Source: Bacteroidetes bacterium RIFCSPLOWO2_12_FULL_37_12 (GTDB lineage: Bacteria > Bacteroidota > Bacteroidia > 2-12-FULL-37-12). From it: 64,000 nucleotides of DNA. How positions within the stretch are numbered: position 1 is the stretch's first letter; each line of letters starts with the position of its first letter. Position numbers and translations under genes: made by a program. The stretch is taken from NCBI GenBank assembly GCA_001769655.1, contig MEPC01000020.1:217922-281921 (forward strand), in the 5' to 3' direction. Positions 38,700-48,293 of the stretch are shown here, piece by piece. The notes under the pieces are model-generated. The model was given only the letters and a program-made list of their open reading frames with translations, was not told the origin of the DNA and did not search any database.

Positions 38700-40388
38700 A
38701 TGACAAAACTTATTCCGGATTTTCTTCTGATTTTAGTTTCATCCGTTTTCTTTTGTGTCACTGCAGGAAATCGTGGTGACGATTCATTGAGAAGCATCAT
38801 ACAAAAAGAGAAAAATGACACGATAAAAATCAATCTTCTTAACCAACTGGCGAATAGTTTATTGATGAAAAATCCCGATTCCGGTCTTTTTCTATCTCAG
38901 CAAGCAATCACGCTATCCCAGCAGAAAAAATTTTACAGCGGCTTAGCCAATGGCTATGAGAACGCAGGGCTTTGTTTTGCTCAGAAAGGAGATTACAAGT
39001 CAGCGTATGATTTTTATGTGAAAGCCATTAACAGTCATGAAATACTGGGAAGTAAGACGGGATTAGCATCCTGCTTTTGTAACCTGGGCGACCTCTTCCT
39101 TGACCAGAGCGAGTATGCGCAAGCCATGAATTATTTTCTGAAAGCGTTGAAAATAAATAACCAAATCCTAGATAAAGTAAACATTTCAAAAATACTCGGA
39201 AACATGGGTATAACGTATTTCTATCAGGGTGAATTTCCAAAAGCGTTGAATTATTATTATCAGGCAATGAAAATAAACAAAGAGTTAGTGGAAAAAGCAA
39301 TGTTGGAAGGAAATACAAGCAAAATAAACAAATACAAAAATTTAATGGCGAAAAGCTATTCCAACATCGGAATTATTCATTACGAACAGGATGAATTTCA
39401 AAAAGCATTGGAATATTTTTACAAGGCACTTAAACTAAAAGAGGAAATCGGCGATAAATACGGAATAGCAGGAAATTTATGGAATCTCGGAAATTTATAT
39501 TCAGATAATAATGAGTTTGAAAAAGCTTTGGAGAATTACACGCGTGCGTTGAGAATTTCAGAGGAAATTGGCGATAAAATGGGTATGGCAAGCAATCTTG
39601 GAAATATCGCAAGCATTTATCAGAAACAAAACCAGGTTGAAAAAATGCTGGAATATTATCAGATGTCCCTGAAAATGCAGGAGGAAATAGGAGATAAAAA
39701 TGGGGTGTGCGTAAATTTTGGACGTTTAGGAACTTATTATATGAATGCCGGGCAATTTAATCTGGCAGAAAAATATTTAAAGCGGGCGTTTTCGTTGAGT
39801 GACAGCATCGGCACATTGGGCAACACCCGCATCACGGCAGAACGCTTGAGTAATCTCTATTTAAGTTATGGACAAAAGGAATATAAAACGGGAAATTTCA
39901 AATCCTCAGCAGACCAGTTTCTTCTTTCACTCGAATATATTAAAAGAGCATTTTCGGCAAAAGATTCCTTAATTAATCAGGACAAAAGCAAAGAAATAGG
40001 ACGGCTTGAAGCAAAACATGAAATAGAAATCAAAGAGTTGGAAAGAAAAAGAGCTGAAACGGAACAGTTGAGAAAAAGTGAAGAGCAAACCGAGCGAAGG
40101 AATTTATTGCAATATTCGGGCATTTTCATTTTTATTCTTGCGCTTGGGCTTACGGCTTTGTTCACCGGAAAATTACGAGTCAGTATGAAACTTACCGAGG
40201 GAATAATCTTTTTTATGTTTTTATTATTTTTTGAATTTATTCTAGTGTTATTAGACCCCTACTCGGACAGAATTACACAAGGTATCCCTATTTATAAACT
40301 TTTATTTAATGCCATCATTGCGGCATTTATTTTTCCCGCACATGCTTACCTCGAAAAAATTATTATTAAAAGAATTCATGGGGGGTAA
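38700..40388 (+). CDS. Periplasmic TPR-repeat protein with a coiled coil and the conserved C-terminal 3-TM module (paralog of 10272–11957)
   Basis: Signal peptide, TPR repeats, C-terminus 'RRNLLQYSGIFIF…FEFILVLLDPYSDRITQGIPIYKLLFNA…FPAHAYLEK'. Confidence 0.75.
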   Translation: MTKLIPDFLLILVSSVFFCVTAGNRGDDSLRSIIQKEKNDTIKINLLNQLANSLLMKNPDSGLFLSQQAITLSQQKKFYSGLANGYENAGLCFAQKGDYKSAYDFYVKAINSHEILGSKTGLASCFCNLGDLFLDQSEYAQAMNYFLKALKINNQILDKVNISKILGNMGITYFYQGEFPKALNYYYQAMKINKELVEKAMLEGNTSKINKYKNLMAKSYSNIGIIHYEQDEFQKALEYFYKALKLKEEIGDKYGIAGNLWNLGNLYSDNNEFEKALENYTRALRISEEIGDKMGMASNLGNIASIYQKQNQVEKMLEYYQMSLKMQEEIGDKNGVCVNFGRLGTYYMNAGQFNLAEKYLKRAFSLSDSIGTLGNTRITAERLSNLYLSYGQKEYKTGNFKSSADQFLLSLEYIKRAFSAKDSLINQDKSKEIGRLEAKHEIEIKELERKRAETEQLRKSEEQTERRNLLQYSGIFIFILALGLTALFTGKLRVSMKLTEGIIFFMFLLFFEFILVLLDPYSDRITQGIPIYKLLFNAIIAAFIFPAHAYLEKIIIKRIHGG

Positions 40389-40437
40389 TCGCTATAGCCA
40401 TCATGTTGAGGATTGGTTTACGCTCTTTCAATAAGAC

Positions 40438-40485
40438 CTCACCCCAGCCCCTCTCCAATAAAATGGAGAGGGGTGAGAAATTTTT
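40438..40485 (+). terminator. Rho-independent terminator: CTCACCCCAGCCCCTCTCCA-ataaaa-TGGAGAGGGGTGAG followed by AAATTTTT
   Basis: 10–14-bp GC-rich stem plus T-run immediately after the TPR gene stop. Confidence 0.7.
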
Positions 40486-40546
40486 AATTTGACGGTTATT
40501 GGGGTAATCACTCCTGACATGTTTACCAACATTTTTTTGCATACCT

Positions 40547-41362
40547 TTGCGCCCCATGAAACCGATTACGCTTTATTTTGGTAAATTCGTACTTATAGCA
40601 ATCTTTGTCCTTTCCGTAAGCGCTTGCTCCAAATTCAACCGTCTGCTGAAGAGCGATAATGTGGAAGGAAAGTTAGCCGCCGCCATAGCATATTATGAGA
40701 AGAAAGATTATTTTCATGCTGTCACTCTTTTGGAAGATTTGTTGCCGCTGATGCAAGGAAAAAAAGAGGGGGAGAAAGTCATGTACTATTATGCGTATTG
40801 TTTTTATGGGCAGGAGGACTTCAGCTCTGCAACGTATCATTTTAAAAAGTTTTATGAAACCTACCCCCGGAGTGAATTGGCTGAAGAAGGATATTTCATG
40901 TATGCTTATTGCCTGTACAGTGATTCGCCGGTTTATAACCTGGATCAGTCGAGCACTTACAGAGCCATTGAGGCAATAGTATCGTTTATCAGCATTTTTC
41001 CAAATAGCACGCGACTCAGTGAATGTAATAACATTATTGATGAACTCCGGAAGAAAATTTTGCTGAAAGATTATCATAATACAAAAATATATGGCAAGCT
41101 CGAATATTATAAAGCGGCAGTCATCGCACTGAATAATTTTATTGATGACTACCCCGTATCGGAATTTGACGAAGAAATACGTTTTTTACGTCTTGAGGCA
41201 CAATACAATCTTTCTAAAAGCAGTACGGAATTAAAACAAAAGGAACGATTTGCAGATGCGCTTAATTATTATGAGAATTTCATTGATAAATATCCTCAAT
41301 CAAAAAGAATAAAACAGGCAGAATCCTATTACGATGTGATTATTAAAAAAATAAAGGGATAA
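40547..41362 (+). CDS. bamD: Outer-membrane protein assembly factor BamD (TPR-like lipoprotein)
   Basis: Lipoprotein signal peptide '…LSVSAC', BamD-like length, conserved bamD–rpoZ–coaBC synteny. Confidence 0.7.
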   Translation: MRPMKPITLYFGKFVLIAIFVLSVSACSKFNRLLKSDNVEGKLAAAIAYYEKKDYFHAVTLLEDLLPLMQGKKEGEKVMYYYAYCFYGQEDFSSATYHFKKFYETYPRSELAEEGYFMYAYCLYSDSPVYNLDQSSTYRAIEAIVSFISIFPNSTRLSECNNIIDELRKKILLKDYHNTKIYGKLEYYKAAVIALNNFIDDYPVSEFDEEIRFLRLEAQYNLSKSSTELKQKERFADALNYYENFIDKYPQSKRIKQAESYYDVIIKKIKG

Positions 41363-41439
41363 ATTTTTAATATAAATATTCAACATTATTACAACCGTAT
41401 TACAATTCAACAATTTAACATTTCAATTCTAAAAAAACC

Positions 41440-41751
41440 ATGCTCAAAAACACTTCCATTATAACTCGCGACACACGCGCTATTGAAAAAGAAACGGGAA
41501 ATATTTATGAGTCCATTTCGGCTATAGCAAAGCGTGCCCGTCAGATTTCCCAGCATTATAAGGAAGAATTGAATGATAAATTAAAAGCATTCGATACTTC
41601 TCTCGATACACTGGATGAGATTCAGGAAAATAAGGAACAAATTGAGATTTCAAGGCATTACGAGAAAATGTCAAAGCCCACCCAGATGGCGATTGAAGAA
41701 TATCTGGATGGCAAATTGGTGGTAAAATATCCGGATAGGGAGGAGAATTAG
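41440..41751 (+). CDS. rpoZ: DNA-directed RNA polymerase subunit omega
   Basis: 'SISAIAKRARQISQ' matches the omega 'AARRARQ' core. 103 aa, positioned before coaBC. Confidence 0.65.
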   Translation: MLKNTSIITRDTRAIEKETGNIYESISAIAKRARQISQHYKEELNDKLKAFDTSLDTLDEIQENKEQIEISRHYEKMSKPTQMAIEEYLDGKLVVKYPDREEN

Positions 41752-41760
41752 TAGTCCTAA

Positions 41761-42966
41761 ATGCTGAAAAACAAAAAAATATTACTTGGCGTTTGTGGAA
41801 GCATAGCCGCCTATAAATCAACCTTGTTACTGCGTGAATTAATTAAAGAAGGCGCAGAAGTAAAAGTAGTTTTTTCACCCTCTGCATCACAATTTGTCAC
41901 TCCTTTAACTTTCTCAACCTTATCTAAAAATCCGGTTTATACCGAGTTTACCGATGCAAAATCCAATGTATGGGTTAATCATGTAGAGCTGGGTTTATGG
42001 GCTGATTATTTCTTGATAGCTCCTGCTACAGCGCGTACTATTTCTAATTTTTCCCACGGAAATTGCGATTCATTATTGTGCGCAGTGTTTCTTTCAGCTC
42101 GGTGTAAAGTGGCATTAGCGCCCGCCATGGACGCTGATATGTTCAACCATTTTTCTACGCAAAAAAACCTGCAATCTCTCAGGGAGCAAGGGATAACGAT
42201 TATACCTCCTGGAACCGGAGAACTTGCGAGTGGATTGACCGGCGAAGGCAGAATGGCTGAACCGGAAGAATTATTGAAATTTTTACAAAACGAGTTCCGC
42301 AAAAGTCCTCTATCAAAAAAAAAAGTTCTGATTACCGCAGGTCCCACTCATGAAGCAATAGATCCAGTTCGTTATCTGGGAAATAATTCAACCGGAACTA
42401 TGGGTTACCGGTTAGCGGAAGTTTTTGCCCGACGAAATTCGAGCGTCACTCTCATAAGCGGACCTGTGTCATTAGAAAAACCAAACGGTAATATCCGATG
42501 CCTGAATGTTGTTTCGGCAGAGGAAATGAAAAATGCTTGTCTTCGTGAATTTCCGGAACAAGACATTGTAATCATGTCAGCGGCGGTAGCTGATTTTAAA
42601 CCTGCTCATTATTCTTCCAATAAAATCAAAAAAAACGAATCGGAAACATTACAACTCACGTTAGTTAAAAATCCGGATATTTTGGCTGAACTAGGCGAAA
42701 AGAAAAAGAAAAATCAGATACTCATAGGTTTCGCGCTTGAATCCGGGAAAAATATTTCTTACGCAAAAGAAAAGTTGAAAAGAAAAAAACTCGATATGCT
42801 TGTTTATAATACCCTGGATGATAAAGGATCCGGATTCGGTAAGTCAACCAATAAAATTACGTTGTTGTTTCCCGATGGGAAGGAAAAATTGTTTCCGTTA
42901 AAGAAAAAAGCTGAAGTGGCGGAGGATATTGCAGATGAGGTGGAGGGGATGGTTAGAAACACTTAA
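41761..42966 (+). CDS. coaBC: Bifunctional phosphopantothenoylcysteine decarboxylase / phosphopantothenate–cysteine ligase
   Basis: N-terminal flavoprotein 'KKILLGVCGSIAAYKSTLLLREL', C-terminal CoaB domain, 401 aa. Confidence 0.9.
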   Translation: MLKNKKILLGVCGSIAAYKSTLLLRELIKEGAEVKVVFSPSASQFVTPLTFSTLSKNPVYTEFTDAKSNVWVNHVELGLWADYFLIAPATARTISNFSHGNCDSLLCAVFLSARCKVALAPAMDADMFNHFSTQKNLQSLREQGITIIPPGTGELASGLTGEGRMAEPEELLKFLQNEFRKSPLSKKKVLITAGPTHEAIDPVRYLGNNSTGTMGYRLAEVFARRNSSVTLISGPVSLEKPNGNIRCLNVVSAEEMKNACLREFPEQDIVIMSAAVADFKPAHYSSNKIKKNESETLQLTLVKNPDILAELGEKKKKNQILIGFALESGKNISYAKEKLKRKKLDMLVYNTLDDKGSGFGKSTNKITLLFPDGKEKLFPLKKKAEVAEDIADEVEGMVRNT

Positions 42967-43010
42967 ACATTTTTTATTAAGTGTTTTATGTTAAGTGTTA
43001 TTCTTTCAGA
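42967..43010. repeat. Palindromic element AACACTTAAACA-ttttttat-TAAGTGTT, a relative of the 7749/13644 motif. It may act as a weak terminator after coaBC.
   Basis: Read from the sequence. Confidence 0.5.
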
Positions 43011-43033
43011 GAAAAAATAGTTGTGTTAAATAG

Positions 43034-44080
43034 TTAAGCTGTCTGCATTTTTTTCAATATAAAAGGAATCAAGACAATTAAAATTCCTGCAAAACTGCCG
43101 AAAATTATTCCCAATAATATAGCAGGAACGGGCTTCAGGTATTTTTCTTCGAGGGGGAATGAAGGTGAATCAATGACACGTATAACCGGTTTCTTTTTGA
43201 GGAAAGAAATTTTAGCCGTTTCCAGATTTTTTACAATTTCTCCGTACATGACATTGAGTATTTCAACTTCTCTGCGGAAAGGAAATTCTTCGAGATAGCC
43301 CTGCGCTTTCACCAACCGGTTGCCGGTCTCATCTTTCCATCTTGCCAGATTCGTTTCGGCTTTCGTTAATTCTTTTACAACCGAGTCCCTCCGGTTTTCT
43401 AAAATTTTAACAATGTCTGCCTCTCCTTCAGTCATGCTGGCGACATAAAAATCAACTACACTTTCCACTAAAAAGTCAGATAAGTATTTTGAAATTTCTT
43501 CGTTTTTAGTTTTAATGGTTAATGTTATAATATTTTCTTTAGAATTGCTGACTTCAATTTTATTTTCTTTAAAATCATCCCAGATTTCAAATACAGCTTT
43601 ATTTTCCGCCAAATCCATTCCGGTCACCTGATTGCTATGAAACTTCATTTTCTCCAGCAGTGGGTCTCCTTCCCAGTTATCTTTGTATCCCATAAGTTCA
43701 ATGATGTGATTTCCTAAAAGTTCTTTTCTACCCCCGATAAGTGTTTCTTTAAGCAAGGCGGAACCCAACATGCGCTTTGAAGAAAAAATGGTAACTAATT
43801 TATCTTCGTCCAGCGCGGTAGTTCCCAAACCAAATCCGGAAGCTAACTGAAGGTATTGCGAAATAGCACCCGCACCACTGCTCATGTCGGTGCTTTCAAG
43901 CATGATGGTGGTTTCAGCAAGATATTTTCTAGGGTAAAAGAACGAGAATAATAAAAGTAAAAGGCAAAAAATAAACGCAGAAATAATCAAAATCCGTCTT
44001 TTTTCGAGAAGGGTATTAAGGGCTTCGCGGAAAAGAAGTAGCAGATCTGCAAAAGTGATTTCGGAGTTGGGTTTATTCAA
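43034..44080 (-). CDS. wzz: Polysaccharide chain-length determinant (Wzz-like) protein
   Basis: 348 aa with N- and C-terminal TM helices flanking a coiled-coil periplasmic domain, placed downstream of Wza. Confidence 0.65.
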   Translation of the reverse strand: MNKPNSEITFADLLLLFREALNTLLEKRRILIISAFIFCLLLLLFSFFYPRKYLAETTIMLESTDMSSGAGAISQYLQLASGFGLGTTALDEDKLVTIFSSKRMLGSALLKETLIGGRKELLGNHIIELMGYKDNWEGDPLLEKMKFHSNQVTGMDLAENKAVFEIWDDFKENKIEVSNSKENIITLTIKTKNEEISKYLSDFLVESVVDFYVASMTEGEADIVKILENRRDSVVKELTKAETNLARWKDETGNRLVKAQGYLEEFPFRREVEILNVMYGEIVKNLETAKISFLKKKPVIRVIDSPSFPLEEKYLKPVPAILLGIIFGSFAGILIVLIPFILKKMQTA

Positions 44081-44092
44081 GGGATTGGGTTA

Positions 44093-46798
44093 TTAAAGAT
44101 TCCCAAAATTTTTCATTAAAACGGTCAAGGTTAAAATGCTGACTAATGACGCACTGAATCCCTGAAAAAATTCATGCCACTTTACGGGAGTGTCTTTCGA
44201 TTTGTCTTTCTGTTTTTTCTCAGGTTTTTCGGGAACCACAATAGTGGACCCCAGCACAACTTTTGGATAAATTTTAAAAAGACCAAAATGAGTGGTCTGA
44301 TGAATGAGCTTATTGGGATAAATCACATACGTTTTTCTTTTCCATGCATTTTTATCAAAGCCGGCAGTAAAATGATTTACATAGAATTTTGCCCGTTTTC
44401 CTTTATAAAAAGGACTATTGACACTGGTAAGAGAATCAACGCCAGGATATTTTACCGCACCATTTATTTTGATTAATTCATTAATGCGTGGAATTATTAT
44501 TTCATCCCCATCTTTAAGCACATAATTAAAAGCTGACTTTGGTTTTTTAATAGCGCGTTTCATATCTAAAATAACATTTCCTGCATTTTGATACGAGCGG
44601 AGCATAGTGGCGCCTTCCGGGAAAGCCCAGTTGGTTAGTCCGCCTGCCCGTTCAATGATGTCTGTTATTTTATCCTTTTTACTTTTCAGCGTGTATGTCC
44701 CCGGGTAATTCACTTCACCGCTTAAAAAAACATTTTCGGGATATTCAAAATCTGGATCTTTTCTGATAAAGATATGATCATAAGGAAATAATTCAAACGC
44801 TTTGGAAAGAGAGTCAATTTCAAGATTTTCCCCCGCCTTTGTTCTTTTAACTATAACAGTTTCCCCCTTTTTCTTATTTAACTTATCATAAAAAGTAATG
44901 CGTGACACTTCAATGATATTGTTTGCCGCTTCTCTTTTAAGACCCCCAGCCATGTAAATGGCATCGTACAATGTCATGCCGGGAGAATAATAAAAAGTTC
45001 CGGGTGTACGGACGGTACCTGAAATTTCAACGGAATCATTATCCAGAAAGAAGTTTTTGGAAAAAACACGTATGCGGTCGCCCTTTTTCAATAAAAAAGT
45101 ATCAAGGGATTTCATAGTAGAACCAGTATCAAATTTTACAGGAATATATTCACTGCTCATGTCATCACGGTAGCGTAATACAAAACCACGCGATAAGTAA
45201 GATGTCTCAAGAAAACCGCCACTTCTGAGAATAAGGTCTTTTAACGTCATCCCATCGGCATACGGATAAATATCAGGTTTTCTGACTTCCCCGTCTAATG
45301 CCACTGTATATTGATCCATAAAATCCTTTTTGGAAAAAATGCTTACGATATCTTCTTCCTGTAGGAGGATATTTTCAGACGACGATGGATTTTTAAGAAT
45401 AGCACCCGGAAAGATTGGAAGTAATTGGCGAGAGTAGTCATTTTGTAATCTCAGCAAATACCCTTTATCGGGGTAAAATTCTTTATTTACTCCTTCAGCC
45501 CGTTGAATAATATCATAAATGCGGGTTCCATTAATAAATTGATATTTTCCCGGAAGTTTTACAGCGCCGTTTATTTCCACATAATTTTCTGTACCGGATG
45601 GAATGGCGGAAACCGTAATGTCATCTCCATCCTTTAACTCAAAGTCCTTACCTGAAGTATGTAATTTTCCATAGAGTATATCCAGTAATATTTCCTTATT
45701 TTTTTCGAGTCGTTTGAGATTGAATTTATCAATAAAAGCATCGGCTGTAAAAGCGCCTGCATAGCTAATCAATGTTTTCAGATTTTCCTTATCAAGGAGT
45801 TCAAAATTTCCCGGTCGTTTAACTTTTCCGGTTATAGAAACAATTTTTCCATAAGGTGGCACGATGATGTAATCGTTATCTTCGAGATAAAAATCCTGTT
45901 TGCTATCGGGGTTCATCAGAAACTCATAAATATCGAGGGAACGAATAGTTTTGCCTTCGCGTCGCACTTGTATTTTACGGACAGAACCAATGGGACTTAA
46001 ACCACCTGCGGCGACTAACGCATTGAATGCAGTATTCACAGCCGGAATAGAATAGGAGCCCGGGTTCTTAACTTCCCCAACTATATTTATGGTTATCACT
46101 CTAGCCTGAATAAGAGTAATGTCAAATTTTGAATTTTTCAGGTCAAGAAATGATTCGAAACGGTTTTTTAGCAAGGAACGTGCATCAGAAAAACGCAATC
46201 CTTTCAAGAATATTTTTCCGGTTTCTTTGGGTTGAATGGAACCATCTTCTGAAATAAGGAAAACATCATTATAATCAGAAAAACCCCAGACAGAAACATT
46301 AATTTTATCTCCGGGGCTTAACAAGTAATTGTCCGGTGTTTTTACATCGCTCGTTTTTTGAAAATACCCGATTTGACGGTTCTCAAAAAAGTCCTGTCCA
46401 AAGATCTCACTTCCCTCTTTCTGATAGGTTACTTCAGGTGAAGATGTAGTTACAGATTCGGATTTTTGAGTTTGATTTTCTATTTCCTGAGATGGGGCAA
46501 CGGAGGTGCCTTGTTCAGAAGTTGATTTCTGAACTCTGATGCTTTCAATCATGTTAATTTCCTCTTCTGATATACCCATCTGACGGAGTTTGTCAGGGGA
46601 TGGAATATCGGAAGGGTTCATGCTTTTAATTTTCTCGGGAGTAATTCCGAGTTTCAGGAGTTTTTCGGGGGTTGGGGTTTCGTTGGGATTTAATTTTTTT
46701 AGTAAATCGTTTGCCGAAGGGTTATTCTCCTGGGCATTGGTTAATCCGGGTAAATAAAATAAGATAAAAAAAGAAAGGATGATTGGGAGGTTTTTCAT
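44093..46798 (-). CDS. wza: Polysaccharide export protein (Wza-like, multiple SLBB domains)
   Basis: 901 aa, signal peptide, N-terminal Pro-rich repeats, repeated SLBB-like segments typical of Bacteroidetes Wza. Confidence 0.75.
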   Translation of the reverse strand: MKNLPIILSFFILFYLPGLTNAQENNPSANDLLKKLNPNETPTPEKLLKLGITPEKIKSMNPSDIPSPDKLRQMGISEEEINMIESIRVQKSTSEQGTSVAPSQEIENQTQKSESVTTSSPEVTYQKEGSEIFGQDFFENRQIGYFQKTSDVKTPDNYLLSPGDKINVSVWGFSDYNDVFLISEDGSIQPKETGKIFLKGLRFSDARSLLKNRFESFLDLKNSKFDITLIQARVITINIVGEVKNPGSYSIPAVNTAFNALVAAGGLSPIGSVRKIQVRREGKTIRSLDIYEFLMNPDSKQDFYLEDNDYIIVPPYGKIVSITGKVKRPGNFELLDKENLKTLISYAGAFTADAFIDKFNLKRLEKNKEILLDILYGKLHTSGKDFELKDGDDITVSAIPSGTENYVEINGAVKLPGKYQFINGTRIYDIIQRAEGVNKEFYPDKGYLLRLQNDYSRQLLPIFPGAILKNPSSSENILLQEEDIVSIFSKKDFMDQYTVALDGEVRKPDIYPYADGMTLKDLILRSGGFLETSYLSRGFVLRYRDDMSSEYIPVKFDTGSTMKSLDTFLLKKGDRIRVFSKNFFLDNDSVEISGTVRTPGTFYYSPGMTLYDAIYMAGGLKREAANNIIEVSRITFYDKLNKKKGETVIVKRTKAGENLEIDSLSKAFELFPYDHIFIRKDPDFEYPENVFLSGEVNYPGTYTLKSKKDKITDIIERAGGLTNWAFPEGATMLRSYQNAGNVILDMKRAIKKPKSAFNYVLKDGDEIIIPRINELIKINGAVKYPGVDSLTSVNSPFYKGKRAKFYVNHFTAGFDKNAWKRKTYVIYPNKLIHQTTHFGLFKIYPKVVLGSTIVVPEKPEKKQKDKSKDTPVKWHEFFQGFSASLVSILTLTVLMKNFGNL

Positions 46799-46842
46799 AT
46801 TAGTTGCAAATGTCTAATAAAAATGACTAAAAAACAATTAAA

Positions 46843-46879
46843 CCGTGTAGAGACGGGTTTTAAACCCGTCTCTACACGG
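46843..46879 (-). terminator. Perfect 18-bp-stem palindrome CCGTGTAGAGACGGGTTT-ta-AAACCCGTCTCTACACGG. It overlaps the WbaP stop and is followed on the minus strand by TTTAATTGTTTTT. It is a probable intra-operon terminator or attenuator.
   Basis: Read from the sequence. It shares the GTAGAGAC/GTCTCTAC core with the 16183–16210 element. Confidence 0.6.
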
Positions 46880-48263
46880 CGTTCTTTTCACCTTTTACCA
46901 TTTTCCAGATTGTTAAAAAAATTATTCTGATATCAAAAATAAAATTCCAGTTTTCAATATAAAAAACATCGTATAAGACCCTACGACGCATGAGAGATGG
47001 GTCTTTGGTTTCACCGCGAAAGCCATTCGCCTGAGCCCAGCCGGTAATACCAGGTTTAGCAAAATGCCGTATCATAAATCCATTAATAATTTTTGCATAT
47101 TCTTCGGTATGTTTTAACATGTGGGGGCGGGGACCAACGACAGACATTTCCCCTTTCAACACATTGAAAAATTGCGGAAGTTCGTCAATAGATGTTTTTC
47201 GTAAGAATTTTCCGATAGAAGTCAAACGCTGGTCGTCTTTGGTTGCCTGGACAATATCAGCGTCTTTGTTTTCCTGCATAGTTCTGAATTTTAGGCAAAG
47301 AAACTCGCGGTTTAATTCACCGGATCTTTTCTGCTTGAAAAATACCGGTCCTTTAGATGTAATTTTGATTAAAAATGAAATAATCGGAAGCAACCAACTG
47401 AAAACAAGTACGATTATGAATATGGAAAAGAGAACATCAAAAATCCTTTTAGCCATTCGGTTATAAGTTTTTTCGAGAGGTTCTTTACGGATTAAGATAA
47501 CAGGAATGGAACCATAGAAATCAATATTTACTTTTTTAGGGATATAACGCATAAAATCCGGTATAATTTTAACCCGGATTAAGTTTTTATCACAATAAGT
47601 AATTATATCTCTCACTTTATCGCCGGCAGAATCAGGCAAAGCAATGTAAACCTCTTCGACCTGGTTTTCGATTACAAATTTCTTACAATCATTAATAGGA
47701 CCCAGAACATGTTGTTCGGAGGCATGTTTTGAAGGGTCATCATCAAAAAATCCCAGAAAACGATACCCGTAAGAAAAATCCGTTGCAAAAAATTCTCGCA
47801 TTGCTTGTCCCACAGGACCTGCTCCAAGAACGATCACTCTGCGGTAATTAAACCCCTTGCTCCTGTACCATTTTAATACGGAGACAGTAAATAATCGCCA
47901 GAAGGAGACACTGACGCAAAATATAGTATAGGAAGTTAAAATATATTGAGTTGAAAAAGGGGATCCGGTAAATAAAAAAGCGAGGGATAAGAAAGAGAGC
48001 AGGTGAACAGCCAGCGCTTTTAATAAATCAAAGAAAATTATTTCATTCTTTTTTACCCGATAAATTGTGTATTCTCCGAATAATACTGCAATCAAGACCC
48101 ACAGCAGGTTAACCAACAAAAGAATAGGATAATATGAAAAAGTACTAATACGGTTTCCTGAGGGGGACACTTCCAGAGATGCAATAAACAATGCTCCATT
48201 CAACAGAAAAATGTCACCTGACAGCAGAACCAGAGAAGTAAATTTTGAATACCCTTTAGTCAT
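46872..48263 (-). CDS. wbaP: Undecaprenyl-phosphate hexose-1-phosphate transferase (WbaP-type initiating sugar transferase)
   Basis: N-terminal TM helices, NAD-binding-like linker, C-terminal bacterial sugar transferase domain '…SVVGPRPH…'. Confidence 0.85.
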   Translation of the reverse strand: MTKGYSKFTSLVLLSGDIFLLNGALFIASLEVSPSGNRISTFSYYPILLLVNLLWVLIAVLFGEYTIYRVKKNEIIFFDLLKALAVHLLSFLSLAFLFTGSPFSTQYILTSYTIFCVSVSFWRLFTVSVLKWYRSKGFNYRRVIVLGAGPVGQAMREFFATDFSYGYRFLGFFDDDPSKHASEQHVLGPINDCKKFVIENQVEEVYIALPDSAGDKVRDIITYCDKNLIRVKIIPDFMRYIPKKVNIDFYGSIPVILIRKEPLEKTYNRMAKRIFDVLFSIFIIVLVFSWLLPIISFLIKITSKGPVFFKQKRSGELNREFLCLKFRTMQENKDADIVQATKDDQRLTSIGKFLRKTSIDELPQFFNVLKGEMSVVGPRPHMLKHTEEYAKIINGFMIRHFAKPGITGWAQANGFRGETKDPSLMRRRVLYDVFYIENWNFIFDIRIIFLTIWKMVKGEKNAV

Positions 48264-48293
48264 TAGGATTTCAGGTTTGGATAAAAATTATCG

